This document shows, piece after piece, positions 1 through 12,500 of a stretch of 64,000 nt of DNA. The position numbers and the translations under genes are program-made. The notes under the pieces were generated by a model, which saw only the letters and a list, made by a program, of their open reading frames with translations, was not told where the DNA came from and ran no database searches. This DNA comes from Gnetum montanum (taxonomy: Eukaryota; Plantae; Gnetophyta), in NCBI GenBank assembly GCA_015680685.1, contig MNCI01001817.1:780828-844827 (forward strand), given 5' to 3'. How positions within the stretch are numbered: the first letter of the stretch is position 1; each line of letters begins with the position of its first letter.

Positions 1-934
1 TCTGATTTGTAGATCCAAGAGTAATAATAATAATTCTATCATTACTTCTATTTCTTCAACTATTCTATCTCTCCATACTTCATAGAAAGAGTGGCCTCAA
101 TACGCCCTGATATGATAGTAACTTCATCAGAAGAGACGGCCACTATGAAAAAAAACATAGAGTGAAAGGTTAAAAACATAGTACACGATGATGCAACAAA
201 GAGAAAATGGAGTCTAAGAATGTGATCATTTACTGTCAGTAAATGGGGTAGGTAGATCAGGAGCAGGATCAACCCCTTGAGGAAGAATTGGCCCATTGGA
301 GGACCAATCCTCATGCAGCCAACCATGAACTTGACAGCGTTCAAAAGCCCTTGAGAATTTCCTAGTGTAGTCCATGATAGTAGTTTTTGTATGGTCCAGT
401 ACNNNNNNNNNNNNNNNNNNNNNNNNNNNNNNNNNNNNNNNNNNNNNNNNNNNNNNNNNNNNNNNNNNNNNNNNNNNNNNNNNNNNNNNNNNNNNNNNNN
501 NNNNNNNNNNNNNNNNNNNNNNNNNNNNNNNNNNNNNNNNNNNNNNNNNNNNNNNNNNNNNNNNNNNNNNNNNNNNNNNNNNNNNNNNNNNNNNNNNNNN
601 NNNNNNNNNNNNNNNNNNNNNNNNNNNNNNNNNNNNNNNNNNNNNNNNNNNNNNNNNNNNNNNNNNNNNNNNNNNNNNNNNNNNNNNNNNNNNNNNNNNN
701 NNNNNNNNNNNNNNNNNNNNNNNNNNNNNNNNNNNNNNNNNNNNNNNNNNNNNNNNNNNNNNNNNNNNNNNNNNNNNNNNNNNNNNNNNNNNNNNNNNNN
801 NNNNNNNNNNNNNNNNNNNNNNNNNNNNNNNNNNNNNNNNNNNNNNNNNNNNNNNNNNNNNNNNNNNNNNNNNNNNNNNNNNNNNNNNNNNNNNNNNNNN
901 NNNNNNNNNNNNNNNNNNNNNNNNNNNNNNNNNN

Positions 935-1289
935 TAACGATTAGCGTTTGGTAAGCCACAGTTGCATAGTTCAGGGTGTGTCCGGTAAGTGGGAACGGAT
1001 GCTGACGCTAGTTAATTTAGACTTAGGACATTAGTTAGAGTTAGCTTAGTTTCTCACCCTTTCCTCCGATAGCATAGAAGATAAAACGAAAAATACCAAA
1101 AAAATCACATACCTCAGACTTGCTTAACCATACACCGTGACACATACAAGCAAGCCTGGGAAGACAACGAACAATTAACCCCAAGTGTTTGAAGTGGTGT
1201 TAAGGCATTTAGTCTACGGAGTTTGACCGGATCGCGCGTGCACGCTCGTATTCGTATGGTTGAGTGTAGGGGTACCTCGCCACTCATCA
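935..1289 (+). mobile_element. 3' part of an Athila-family LTR inserted in cargo exon 2 of the partial Tat copy
   Basis: Reverse complement of the LTR ends at 33626 and 42564 (...CGTATGGTTGAGTGTAGGGGTACCTCGCCACTCATCA). Ends in CA at 1289; its 5' part is lost in the N gap 403-934. Confidence 0.85.
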
Positions 1290-2067
1290 ACAACATTCAA
1301 AAGCCCTTGAGAATTTCCTAGTGTAGTCCATGATAGTAGTTTTTGTATGGTCCAGTACCGTAGCACGAAGAGTGGGGTCCACCATGAATGCCTCCAATGT
1401 TGTGCACGTTAAGGAAAGCCCACCATCATCATCATGCATCCCCTGATCATTGAAACGAGGCCTACATAGAAAAAAGAATATTTATGCATAGACAAATGAC
1501 ATAATTTTAAAAGAATCAAAAATTATAGCAAAGCACATACCTATCCACTCTATACACTGTTCCAGGTGGGTTTTGGAACAACGTGTGAGCACGAAAAGCT
1601 AGAAAAAGTATGTTGCTGCTGTTATAATGACTACAAGTAGGCAATTCCCATACATGAGTCAAGGGACAAGTAGACCTAGGACCCTTAGGAGGGCCTCTCT
1701 CAACTATGAAAAGTCCCTCGTCTATGTCAACAATAAAGGCAAGCATGTCTAGTGTAGATCCCGGCAACATTGTTTCAACGATATCATGGGCCAACTGCTC
1801 ACTTAAGTGAGATCATATAACCATGATGAAACTTTGTAGGATAAATAAAAAAATGCACCAACCCTAGGACATAACCATATCACATGAGGCCCAATACGCA
1901 TATCATAGGGAGGTACGTCTAGTCCAAAAGGGCCAAACCAAGCAAGTACAACAACGAGCTCGACCACAAGGAGGGAAGGTTTAAGCCCCCTACATATAGC
2001 CAAAACCTTAGGTAAGTAAAAAGGGTCCAAGTGTTTAGAATAATATGCAATTACATAAACCAAATAC
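1290..2067 (-). pseudogene. Copy 1 of cargo exons 1-2 (NIF/FCP1-like domain)
   Basis: ORFs 1803..2063 and 1516..1794 match ORF 12532..13086 with one frameshift. Intron 1462-1540 has an AG|GTATGT donor and a TGTAG| acceptor. Confidence 0.8.
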
Positions 2068-3817
2068 CTAAATAATATTTAACACATAGATCCTCCCCAT
2101 GAGACAAGGACACCAATATTTATTTGATGTATTTAATGCTCACTGGGGCACATTGAAATCTTTTACACCGTAGTTTATTGCAAGCGATATAAAATAAACT
2201 CACAAATATAGTAACATAAACATTCATAGATTCGTAGAAACATACTTAAATCCATCCAAACAAGGAAACAATAAATAGTGTAGATATAAACACCAACAAT
2301 TAATAAACATTTCAACAAACAATGTTCATCTTCACAATTTTACGCAAGCCAGACATGCTCACATTACCAGCAATCGCTGTATATACACAAATTGCAAACC
2401 TCTCATTCTTGCATGAAATTTAGTGCAAATATACCAAGCTTTGAAAAATAAAACTCGCTGAAAACCAATCATTGTTTTCTCTTTAGCCTCCAAACACTGG
2501 TTCACCTTGCAGCAGACACTAAACTTAGCAAGAAAACCATGGCCTATATACAGGCCAATCGAGGAAAAACTATTGAAAAAAAAATAAAAAAAGAAACCCC
2601 AAAAAAGGGAAATGCTGCCCATGGGAAGCCCGTCCCAGGGCTAAGGACACCCACGTTACTCATGCTGCGAGTGCCTAGCACTAACACTAGGCTTGTTCTT
2701 GGCACTCAGGCTAGGCCTATTCTCGGCACGCACATTGCATGTTCCTAGGAACTCATGCTGGGGTTTCCCCTGGCACTCACACTAGAGCCTACCTAGGAAC
2801 TCACACTACCCATTCCCTGCAACTCACGCTCAGGTTTCTCCTGGCACTCACGTTGGAGCTTTCCCTATTTACAAAATGTAAACTGGCCCATATCCAATCA
2901 CGTACAACCAAAAGAAAAAGAAAAATGAAAACATAACAACCAAAAATACAACAAGCCATAAACCCCAGTATAAGCCCTGATGTCCCAAAACATAGTAGAG
3001 AAACCCAAAATCGTGCTGAGAAAATAGTAGAAAACAGTGGCCATGAGAGACCAAGTTGCCCAAACTAATGCTATGAACAAANNNNNNNNNNNNNNNNNNN
3101 NNNNNNNNNNNNNNNNNNNNNNNNNNNNNNNNNNNNNNNNNNNNNNNNNNNNNNNNNNNNNNNNNNNNNNNNNNNNNNNNNNNNNNNNNNNNNNNNNNNN
3201 NNNNNNNNNNNNNNNNNNNNNNNNNNNNNNNNNNNNNNNNNNNNNNNNNNNNNNNNNNNNNNNNNNNNNNNNNNNNNNNNNNNNNNNNNNNNNNNNNNNN
3301 NNNNNNNNNNNNNNNNNNNNNNNNNNNNNNNNNNNNNNNNNNNNNNNNNNNNNNNNNNNNNNNNNNNNNNNNTTCATGTTATTATTTACATCATCTTTGT
3401 TTCATTCTTACATGGTATTCTTCTTTATTTCATTCTCTGGAGATAAGGCTGAAATATTAAAAATAGCAAAAACAAAAAAAAAGAGGGGAGCAAAGTTAAA
3501 ATCAAAATAGAAATATATAAAAACATATGATGACGTGCTTAAAAATTCATAAGACTATAAAATTTCATAAATTTATTATTCGTGCAAAGCATAATGATAA
3601 GAATATTACCAGCATGATATGGCCTAAAACTACCATGGATGGCCCGGTATGGCCTAAAACTACTATATGGTCCAGGTATGACACTAAACTACTGCTACGT
3701 TCCGCAATTTTGTCAGTACATAGATTAGTTACCCAATACTCGTTTACATTTGACAACTCCTTCATCAAGTAAAATTCACTCACTTCGCTCCCAGTTTAAA
3801 TTAGTAGGAGTAAGCAC

Positions 3818-5073
3818 ATGGCCACCAAAAATATGTTTTCAACATTGTCTCTCAGTGGACCACATGGGGAAGTAAAAAGGATAATCAATCTAAAATCCTT
3901 GGATCTAGACCCATTCACTTATACTAATTTAATAACCTCCACTCAAGAAACGTTGGATTGGTCTAAAAATGTGGCTAAGACTTTAGATCTAGAGGCTGAT
4001 AACATCACTGAAGATCCTCTTGTTGAAGTCCCCATTACTACATCCAATGATGAGACTAGAACATTGAAATTAAGTATCCTACTTGACTCACAACTTGTTA
4101 GTGACATCACTCGAGTATTAAAAGACAATATAAAAACATTTTCATGGTCATATATTGACATGCCAAGGTTGGACCCTCGAATTGTCCAACATAATATTAT
4201 TCTTGATGCAAAAATCAAACTGGTAAAGCAAAAGACACAAAAGGTTAGACCCAAGGTGGCATTAGTAGTCCGTGATGAAATCACGAAGCTCTACCAAGCT
4301 AGTTTCATCTAAGCCATTGACTCTTCTGACTAGGTATCAAACATTGTCATAGTCCCTAAGAAGAATGGTAGTATACGCATGTGCATTAACTTCTGTGATC
4401 TTAACACAGCAACTATAAAGGATGACTTCCCACTACCTAGTATCGATCAACTTGTTGACACAACTGCTGGGCATGCACTATTATTCTTTTTAGATGGATT
4501 TTTAGGATACAATCAAATAAGAATCAACCTAGAACATCAACTCAGGACAACCTTTATGACACATTGGGACACATTTTTCTATACGATGATGTCGTTTGGT
4601 CTTAAAAATGTAGGTGCTACATATCAACAAGAAATAACATATATATTTAGTGATTACATGCTCAATTTGCTCAATGATTATGTTGATGATATCACAGTTA
4701 AATCTAAAACCGAAAAACATGCAAAAAATTTAGACTTAGTGCTTAAACATTGTCTCAAATATGACCTTAGACTCAATCCAAAGAAGTGTATCTTTGGTGT
4801 CAAAATGGGCAAAATGCTTGGCTTCATAGTCTTTCAAACAGGGATACGAGTAGACCCTGATAAGGTTAAGGCAATAATTAACATGCAACCACCAAAAAAC
4901 CTTATCAAACTATGTGGTCTACAAGGTAGACTACAATTCATTAAACACTTTATTGCAAAGCTGATGGATAAATTGAGACCCATGCAACACTTTCTATGAA
5001 AGAATGTGCATTTTCAATGGACTCAACAGTTCCAGGAAGCATTCGAGAACATAAAGCAAGAGTTGGCTCAACT
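3818..5073 (+). pseudogene. pol: Ty3/Gypsy reverse transcriptase, truncated (copy 1)
   Basis: KDDFPLPSIDQLVD, LDGFLGYNQI, FGLKNVGATYQ, YVDD, LNPKKCIFG motifs, with in-frame stops. Confidence 0.93.
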
Positions 5074-5074
5074 T

Positions 5075-8000
5075 AGGGCAAGGACCCTACTTACGCAATC
5101 CTCACACCAAAATAATATAACTTCATTTGTGTGAAGATTCAAATCAACCTACTTATCGATCGCATAGAAAGAGAAGCAAAGAAAAACTATGAGCTCATTT
5201 ACAAGGGAGTTTGTGAGTTCACTCCCCCAGCATTTGATATAATCCCCCTTTTTGAGCCCCATCACAGACTCATATCTTAGCTTCTCATGGCAAGGAGTCA
5301 AGCCTTACAGCCACCTCCGATAGAGCCTCAGAGTGGAGATGAGGAAGATGACTTTGCAACCCAATCTAAGCATGGGGATTCATACCATACTATTAGTCCT
5401 CATGCCCATCTATTCCAACCTTTCTTGGAAGAAACTATACTTCCTTCTTCATTCGCAAATACTTGAGCATCGGTTTCTCTACAGGAAGTACCCACTTCCA
5501 TTCCCACCTTCTCCATGCCCAACATTCAATCTGATACATCCATCTCCATCATACCCTTGCAAGTACAGTCCCAAAAACCCCCTCCTCAAAACTAATGTAG
5601 GAACCATCTTCTGACCTCAAGTAATTGGGATGCCATCAGTTATACCAGCTTCCATGTCCGTCCACTACATATCGCAAGTACAAACCCATGGAGCACCTCT
5701 GATTACTTCAGCCCAACATGTTCAAGGTGTCACCTCACAACCTGTGGCTGGGCAGTGGGTTTCACCAACTATTCAGCAATACCAACCTACTTACTACAAC
5801 TTATCACACCCTGCAATCCCATATTTGAATGTTGCTCCACCACAATGACTGACAATCCAATAGTCTCCCCTTCCACAAACAATGCAACAATCAAACTACT
5901 ACCAATCGCAATCTACTCAACCAACTAGTTTGCCTACTACCCAAGAGTGGGTAGACACAAAGAAAATGATGCACTCGTTAATTGAGGAGGTAAAGCACCT
6001 TAAAAATGTAAACATTGAGGAATTCAAAGTGCTGGACTTCTACCAAGATGACCCAATCAACCCTTCAGTTCCACCATTAAACTTACCAAAGAGAATCTCA
6101 TTACCTCAACTAACCAAAAATAATGGAGAGGGAGATCCAAACACCCATCTAGTGATATTTTGACTGGAATGTCTATTGCTTCAGGCTTGGCCTCATGTAA
6201 TTCTACATGTATTTGCTATGTTCCTGACAGGAAAAGCCTTAAACTGGTACCGAGCTTTACCTCGTAACTCCATATCCTCTCTAGAGGATTTGTTACATTA
6301 GTTCGTTACCTATTTTAAATATAATTTAAAGCCTAAAGCCACACTAGATAGCCTAATTCAAATTAAATAGGCACCATTAGAGCCAGTACAAAAATTTATC
6401 CAAAGGTGGAGTGCAGCCCTGAATGAACTTCATGAGCCCATCCCTGAAACATACTTGCTCACCATCCTTAAGGCTACCATGAATGACTTTATTAAATCAA
6501 AAATTTATTATTTGAGTGCCCGTACTTTGAGTCAAGCATTCATGCAAATTAAGAACATAGAAGAAGCGGAGCAAGCAAGTAACAACCTAGCTTACTCAGC
6601 CTTTGGGATCCAACATACAAGGAAGGATAAGGATAAATCCAAAACAATGGTAGTGATGGTGGTGGAGACAACCCAACCTAACAATCTAGGACAAAAAGGA
6701 AAACAACCCATTTCTACAACTAGCCGTGAAAGAATCACACCTACACCTACACCCAAATCTTCCTCAAATAAAAACACCAACATGGGTCACACTCATACAT
6801 TCAAACAAAAGGATCCCACTCAATATACACCCTTGCCTATGAAGCCTTCACAATTGTTAGATCAACTTCTAAGGGCCGGGTTAATCAAACACAAACAAAT
6901 GCGCCCCCCCCCCCCCCCCCCCCCCCCCCCCCCNNNNNNNNNNNNNNNNNNNNNNNNNNNNNNNNNNNNNNNNNNNNNNNNNNNNNNNNNNNAGGCTTTA
7001 GGTTGGATAGGTTTTGTGAATATCGCCAATGGTGTGGGCACAGAACTGACTGTTGCTTTACTTTAAAACAAGATATACAACGCATGATTGACAAGGGTGA
7101 AATAGTATTTGACAAGGCAAACCCAGTAAAGCCCCAAAACCAGCCCATGGGAGTCTATAAGGATCCTCTCAATACTAAAGACTCACAATATGTGATTAAC
7201 ACTATTCATGTGGAAAATGGGCAAGACACCCCTCAAAAACCTTTTGTAATCCGCAAGCCTTTTGAAACTACACCTACCTCAACACCTCCCCAAATTCCTT
7301 TTGTCATATGCACATTCCCTGCACCACAAAAACCATTCATCATTCCCATACCTCCTTCTATCATAGCAGCAACCACACCATTAGAAACCTGACCCACTCC
7401 TTTTGTGATCTGGGTACCAAAACATCCTAACATGGAACCCCCTATAGTTCCTCTATGAACCTTGCGAGAGTGCCTTGCTGACAGGCTCACAAGAGAGCTT
7501 CTAGAAAAGGAACATCATGAGCATAAATTGGGACCATCGAAGCCCATACCGCTAAATGTTGTTCCTATGGTTCTATCCACCAGTGAGCCTAGCACAAGCC
7601 ATCAAGAGAAGGATACCAGCACTCCCAGTGTCCCAAACTCAACATCCCTAGTTACTAACACAAGAATCCCTCCACAAGAAATACGAATGCTGGGTCAAAT
7701 GGACCAAGTCTCCACAAGAAAGAGCATCCCAAGTGGTAAGGATCTAGCAAGTGCATTAACCCAAGTCACGTAGGCTTTGAAACAAAAGAATACTTCCTTA
7801 AGCCTGTATGATCTAGTAATGACCTCACTGGTACATTGGGAAGCTCTCATGTGCATGTTGACTTTGATTCCTATTAGCGAGGACCTTCTCATAGATGAGC
7901 CATCCATTTATGCAATACTGTCCCCACAACCTCAAGAATTAAGGCCCACATCCCTAGAGTTTCATGCTAATGATATTAAGCGAGATGACAAAACAAGGGA

Positions 8001-8689
8001 GGTCACTACAGCCCCTATGTTTATAACAATATAAGTCAACCACTTCAAAATACATAGGATGCATGTTGATGACGGTGTAGCAACAAGCGTAATACCCTTT
8101 CCTGTCATCGAAAAACTAGGTCTTACAGAGCAAATATGGACCACAACAAATTCCTTTTTAAAATCCTTCAGTGGTTCCTGTGTCGTGGTAAAAGGCATGA
8201 TTACCTTAGATTTCATAGCAGGGGACTAGTTCCCCACATCGGCTGAATTCGTAGTGGTTGATAAAATGCTGGTTCAATCTGATTCTAGGATGAACTTGGT
8301 TAGCTCAACTTAGAGTCGTATCCTCACCAATCCATCAAGAAATCCATCTACCCTATGAGGGTGGTGAAGTCATCATACACGGGAACACAACAGCATCACT
8401 CACTTCCTTACACTCGGGAATGGATCAAGGGTCAGAGGTTGAGTTCTCTGAGCCTAAACAAGAAACCATGAACGCACTTCAAGACATGAGCCAACCATTA
8501 ACCCATGATACTACTAGAACTAAGGAAGCACTAGACATCACAGACATAGGAGCCATTCCCACTAACATCTCTTGGTCAGAGCTACCTTTTGATATCTCCA
8601 GTGAAGGGGAAGGTGAGTATAAGATTGTACCTACCTGCCCCACCCCTCATGTCAAACTACAAAAAATAAAAAAGCAACTCAATGACTAG
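5075..8689 (+). pseudogene. gag: gag-protease ORF (decayed)
   Basis: Retrotransposon gag core (LPQLTKNNGEGDPNTHL...LTGKALNWYRAL) ~6090-6330. Tat-type knuckle FCEYRQWCGHRTDCC ~7012-7056. Protease RMHVDDGVATSVIP ~8056-8097 and FNLILG ~8273-8290. Confidence 0.85.
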
Positions 8690-9546
8690 GGTGAACTATC
8701 AAGCGTCCAGAATGATGTTAAACTACTAACCGTCCGATTTGACATTAAAACTGCCGACGAATGTTCAAAATGATGTTAAACTAGCCACAGTTAGAAATGG
8801 CTGGTTCCTTTTAAAGCTTCCTAAAACTGTTATTGCTTTCGGGCCACTATGACCTAAAACTAGTAATCCCTCTTTCTCTTTTTCAACACTGATGCAATGG
8901 TCCACCATGACTCTAAACTAATGTGCACAGCCCGAAATGGCTTTCAACTAGAGCTTAGTATGTTGAAAGTTTACAAACTCTCATTACATTATGCCAAATT
9001 TTCATTTACATGTCACAAGTTGCAATTTCAATTATGCATTTTTTACAAATATTTTCCTTATGTTTTGTTTTACATCTTGAAATCTCATTTTACATTCAAC
9101 TACACGCATATGTTCATAATATACCTGAGAAAATAAGAAAAATAACAAAAAATATAAATATATATAAATATAATATGGAATGTCAACATGGAAATAGAAT
9201 GCCAACACATTATGACACGATTAAATACATATCATACACTCCCATTAAACATCAAAAATCCAAAACATTTGGTAGCCAAAGCTAGACTAATAGTTAGCTC
9301 ACACATTAGTACTAGGAGGGCGCTAGCCCCCAAAATCTTCCACATCATTTGCTCACACTCCACTAGGGCCAGCCTCATCATTACTATGTCCCTACAACAG
9401 AAAAAAAATAAAAAATAAAAAAATAGGTAAGCATAACAAAACATTACATGAATAGAAAACCTGAATGAACAATAACACTAACACTAAAAACAAATAAAAT
9501 AATACAAAAGTAAGCACCATAATAAAATACTCACAGGTGAAGAGGG

Positions 9547-12500
9547 CTATAGACTAGCCTCCAAGCATTGCAAAATCTCCTCCTTGGGTACGTTGGCCCA
9601 ATCCTCTTCTAGACCAAGATCAATACCGGCCAAAGTTTTACCCTTGTCCACCAAGGCCCAAGTAGGGCACTCAAGAGAGAACATGCCTATCAAAGCCTCC
9701 CTAAAGGTGGTGGTAATGGTTCTCTCAGGAGATTCCTCCACTTCAGTGCACTTAGAAAACCTATCATAAGCAGGACGCAAGCCTAGTCCATTAATGAACA
9801 TTTCCTTCTAGCGATGTTCAACTGATTCCTCTTTTAACCACTTCTTGTATTGGTTTCTTTTGATCTTAACCCCACTTACGTACCTTAGCAAAAAAATATT
9901 TTCAATCATGACATTTTCTATTTAGTAAATCCATTTGTGCCCTTTATTTAGCTAAATCCCATGTTGCCTGAACTTTGTTGTTTAAAATTGTCCAGTAACA
10001 TGCATGGGTGATCTCAGATGTGCACCAAGTACTATCACTAGATAGCCTAGCAGCAGCAAAATCATATCGAGACTGAAGATCCCTCTTATCTTCTCTCTCC
10101 TTCGCTAATGTTTCCTTCAATTAGTGCACCTCATTCCATAGGTACTCAATTGAATGCCTACAAGTCTAGAGGGACTTAGCATTTTGTACAACGTAGCTAA
10201 AAACTACATCATAAATCTTCCTAGGGACTTGTTCAACATTTTCTAGCAATTCAGGAAGAGCATCAATATGAGTAGCCTCAAAAGGATCCTATTGAACCTT
10301 GGCACCTACAAATATAAGTACCACAGCTATAATTAACAATGAATGCAAATAGACACAATAAGCCCAGACACTTAGCATGATACGTAACATACACATACCT
10401 AGTTCTGGATGAGCTTGTTGTAGGCAAGTGACCACATCATTAGCAATTCCCATGACAAAGTCCATTTTATTAGGCATTTCATGCCATGGCCTTAACCAGT
10501 CAGCAAATGTTGGACAAACATGGAATGTCACTTCAATCAGGGCCTGTGACCCTGACACCTTTGCCTAGGATGTATGCACCTCAGAGACCTCAGCATCCAC
10601 CTCTGATGCTAGGAATAATCAAGATAATCAATACCAACATATAAAGGTTAAAGGGTGAAAATGTGGATCAAGCTAAAGGAACATACCAAAAAGCCCTTTG
10701 CTAGTCAGCTTGGGCAGATCACCAAGTTGCAAGGACCCATCGAAAAAGCCCCTCTCATTGCTTGAATGCTTAAGTGCATCCAAGGCCTCAGCAAGTTTCA
10801 TCTCCATGATGCTTGCTACATCTTCCTCTTGCGAGACAGGGAGTTCCTCGATCGCTTCTTCCCTATCTTTCTCCCCTTCCTCTAGCCCTGTGACAACCAC
10901 TTCAGGTTCAACCATTGGGGCTAAGGCTTCTCTTTCCCTCTCAGAGCTTTCCTTTGATAACACCAGTACTCTAGTGTTAGTATGACATAGTATATACATT
11001 TGATAAACATATAAACTAAAAGTAATAATAAATAAAAATAATATGTATAATAAAAAAATAAAAAAATTACCCTCCAGTAGCAATACAAAGCGGATCCTCT
11101 TCGCTCTTGGCGGTCTCACCTCTGGAGCAGGCTCCCTTGGACATTCAACTCTCTTCACCTTCACCTTAGATTTCCCAATAGTCTCAAAAATCAAACATTC
11201 AGCTCCTCTAAGAGATGTGTGCAGTCTAGGTGGCTCCAATCCCAAGCTATCACAGGATTGATGGGACCAACTAGCTGCACCCTCAATGGTAACAAACACT
11301 AACTCTTCATTGCCTTTAGGTGGGTCTTAATATTTGGTAGTGTTAAACAAATGGCAAACCCATGGGCGAGATTACTATGAATGATCCCTCAATATATAAT
11401 GGTTGTCCCCATAAACCTCTAAAAACTCGACAAACCTACATAGATAAGCCATGAAGAAGGAGAATGTGAAATGGGACTTGGCATTAATGTTTGAGTGTAA
11501 TCTAACAATCTCTCCATGAAAGCTAGGCCCAAGAAATTGTGCCCAATTATAATGCATGTCCATCTCTAGGATTGCACATATGATATGCATAGACTCAATC
11601 CCTAGGTTTCTTCCTTGAGAAAAAGATTTAGGAAATGCCCATGTCCGAAAGATGGGATACAACAAATTCACCTCCATTGATCGAGTATCACCTTGCATGG
11701 AAAAACCTCTAGGACCCTGAGACACTCCTAACCAATCTTCAAGCTCCTTTATGACTTGGCTTTCCTTGGTTGCTTTATCTACTACCACCTTGGCACCATC
11801 CATAGGTATGCCAAAAATATTGGAAAGGAACTCAGCAATCAGGTGGAAATACACCTTGACTCCTCAAACCTGCATAGTAAAACAAGAAGCATCATCACTA
11901 AAGGAATCAACAATAGTAACCATTTCAGTCACTGGAACATTAGGAGTCAGAGCAATGAACAAGTCCATCAAACCTGCACGGGTAAGATGGTTGATGACTA
12001 ACTCAAAGGCCTTCGTCTGCAACCATTGTTGCGACTATTCTGTCTCTCCATACTTCATAAAAAGAGTGGCCTCAATAAGCCCTAATATATTATTAGTATC
12101 ATCAAAAGAGACGGCTGCTGTAAAAAAACATAGAGTGAAAGGTTAAAAACATAGTACACGATGATGCAACAAAGAGAAAATGGAGTCTAAGAACATGATC
12201 ATTTACCATCAGTAAATGGGGTAGGCAGATCAAGAGTAGGATCAACCCCCTGAGGAAGAATTGGCCCATTGGGGGACCAATCCTCATGCAGCCAACCATG
12301 AACTTGACAATGTTCAAAAGCCCTTGAGAATTTCCTAGTGTAGTCCACGATAGCAGTTTTTGTATGGTCCAGTACCACAACACAAAGAATGGGGCCAGCC
12401 ATGAATGCCTCCAATGTTGTGCGCATTAAGGCAAGCCCACCATCATCATCACACATCCCCTGATCATCGAAATGAGGTCTTCATAGAAAAAAGATATTTA

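Larger units (their letters stand above)
59..5073 (+). mobile_element. Partial second copy of the Tat-clade element (antisense cargo exons 1-3 start, spacer, RT), homologous to ~12034-16247
   Basis: Colinear with 12034-16247 (e.g. MATKNMFSTLSLSGPH at 3818 and 14989; same cargo exons). Homology stops abruptly at ...GAGTTGGCTCAACT (5073). Confidence 0.92.

Noticed and set aside
60-959. Long ORFs spanning 374-959 and 2898-3510
   Set aside because: Open only because they run through N gaps (403-934, 3082-3372).
6904-6933. Poly-C run giving a polyproline tract in gag
   Set aside because: Abuts an N gap; likely a sequencing or assembly homopolymer artefact.
10969-11070. Hydrophobic 'transmembrane' stretch in ORF 10673..11299
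   Set aside because: It is read-through of a T-rich intron that begins G|GTAATT.
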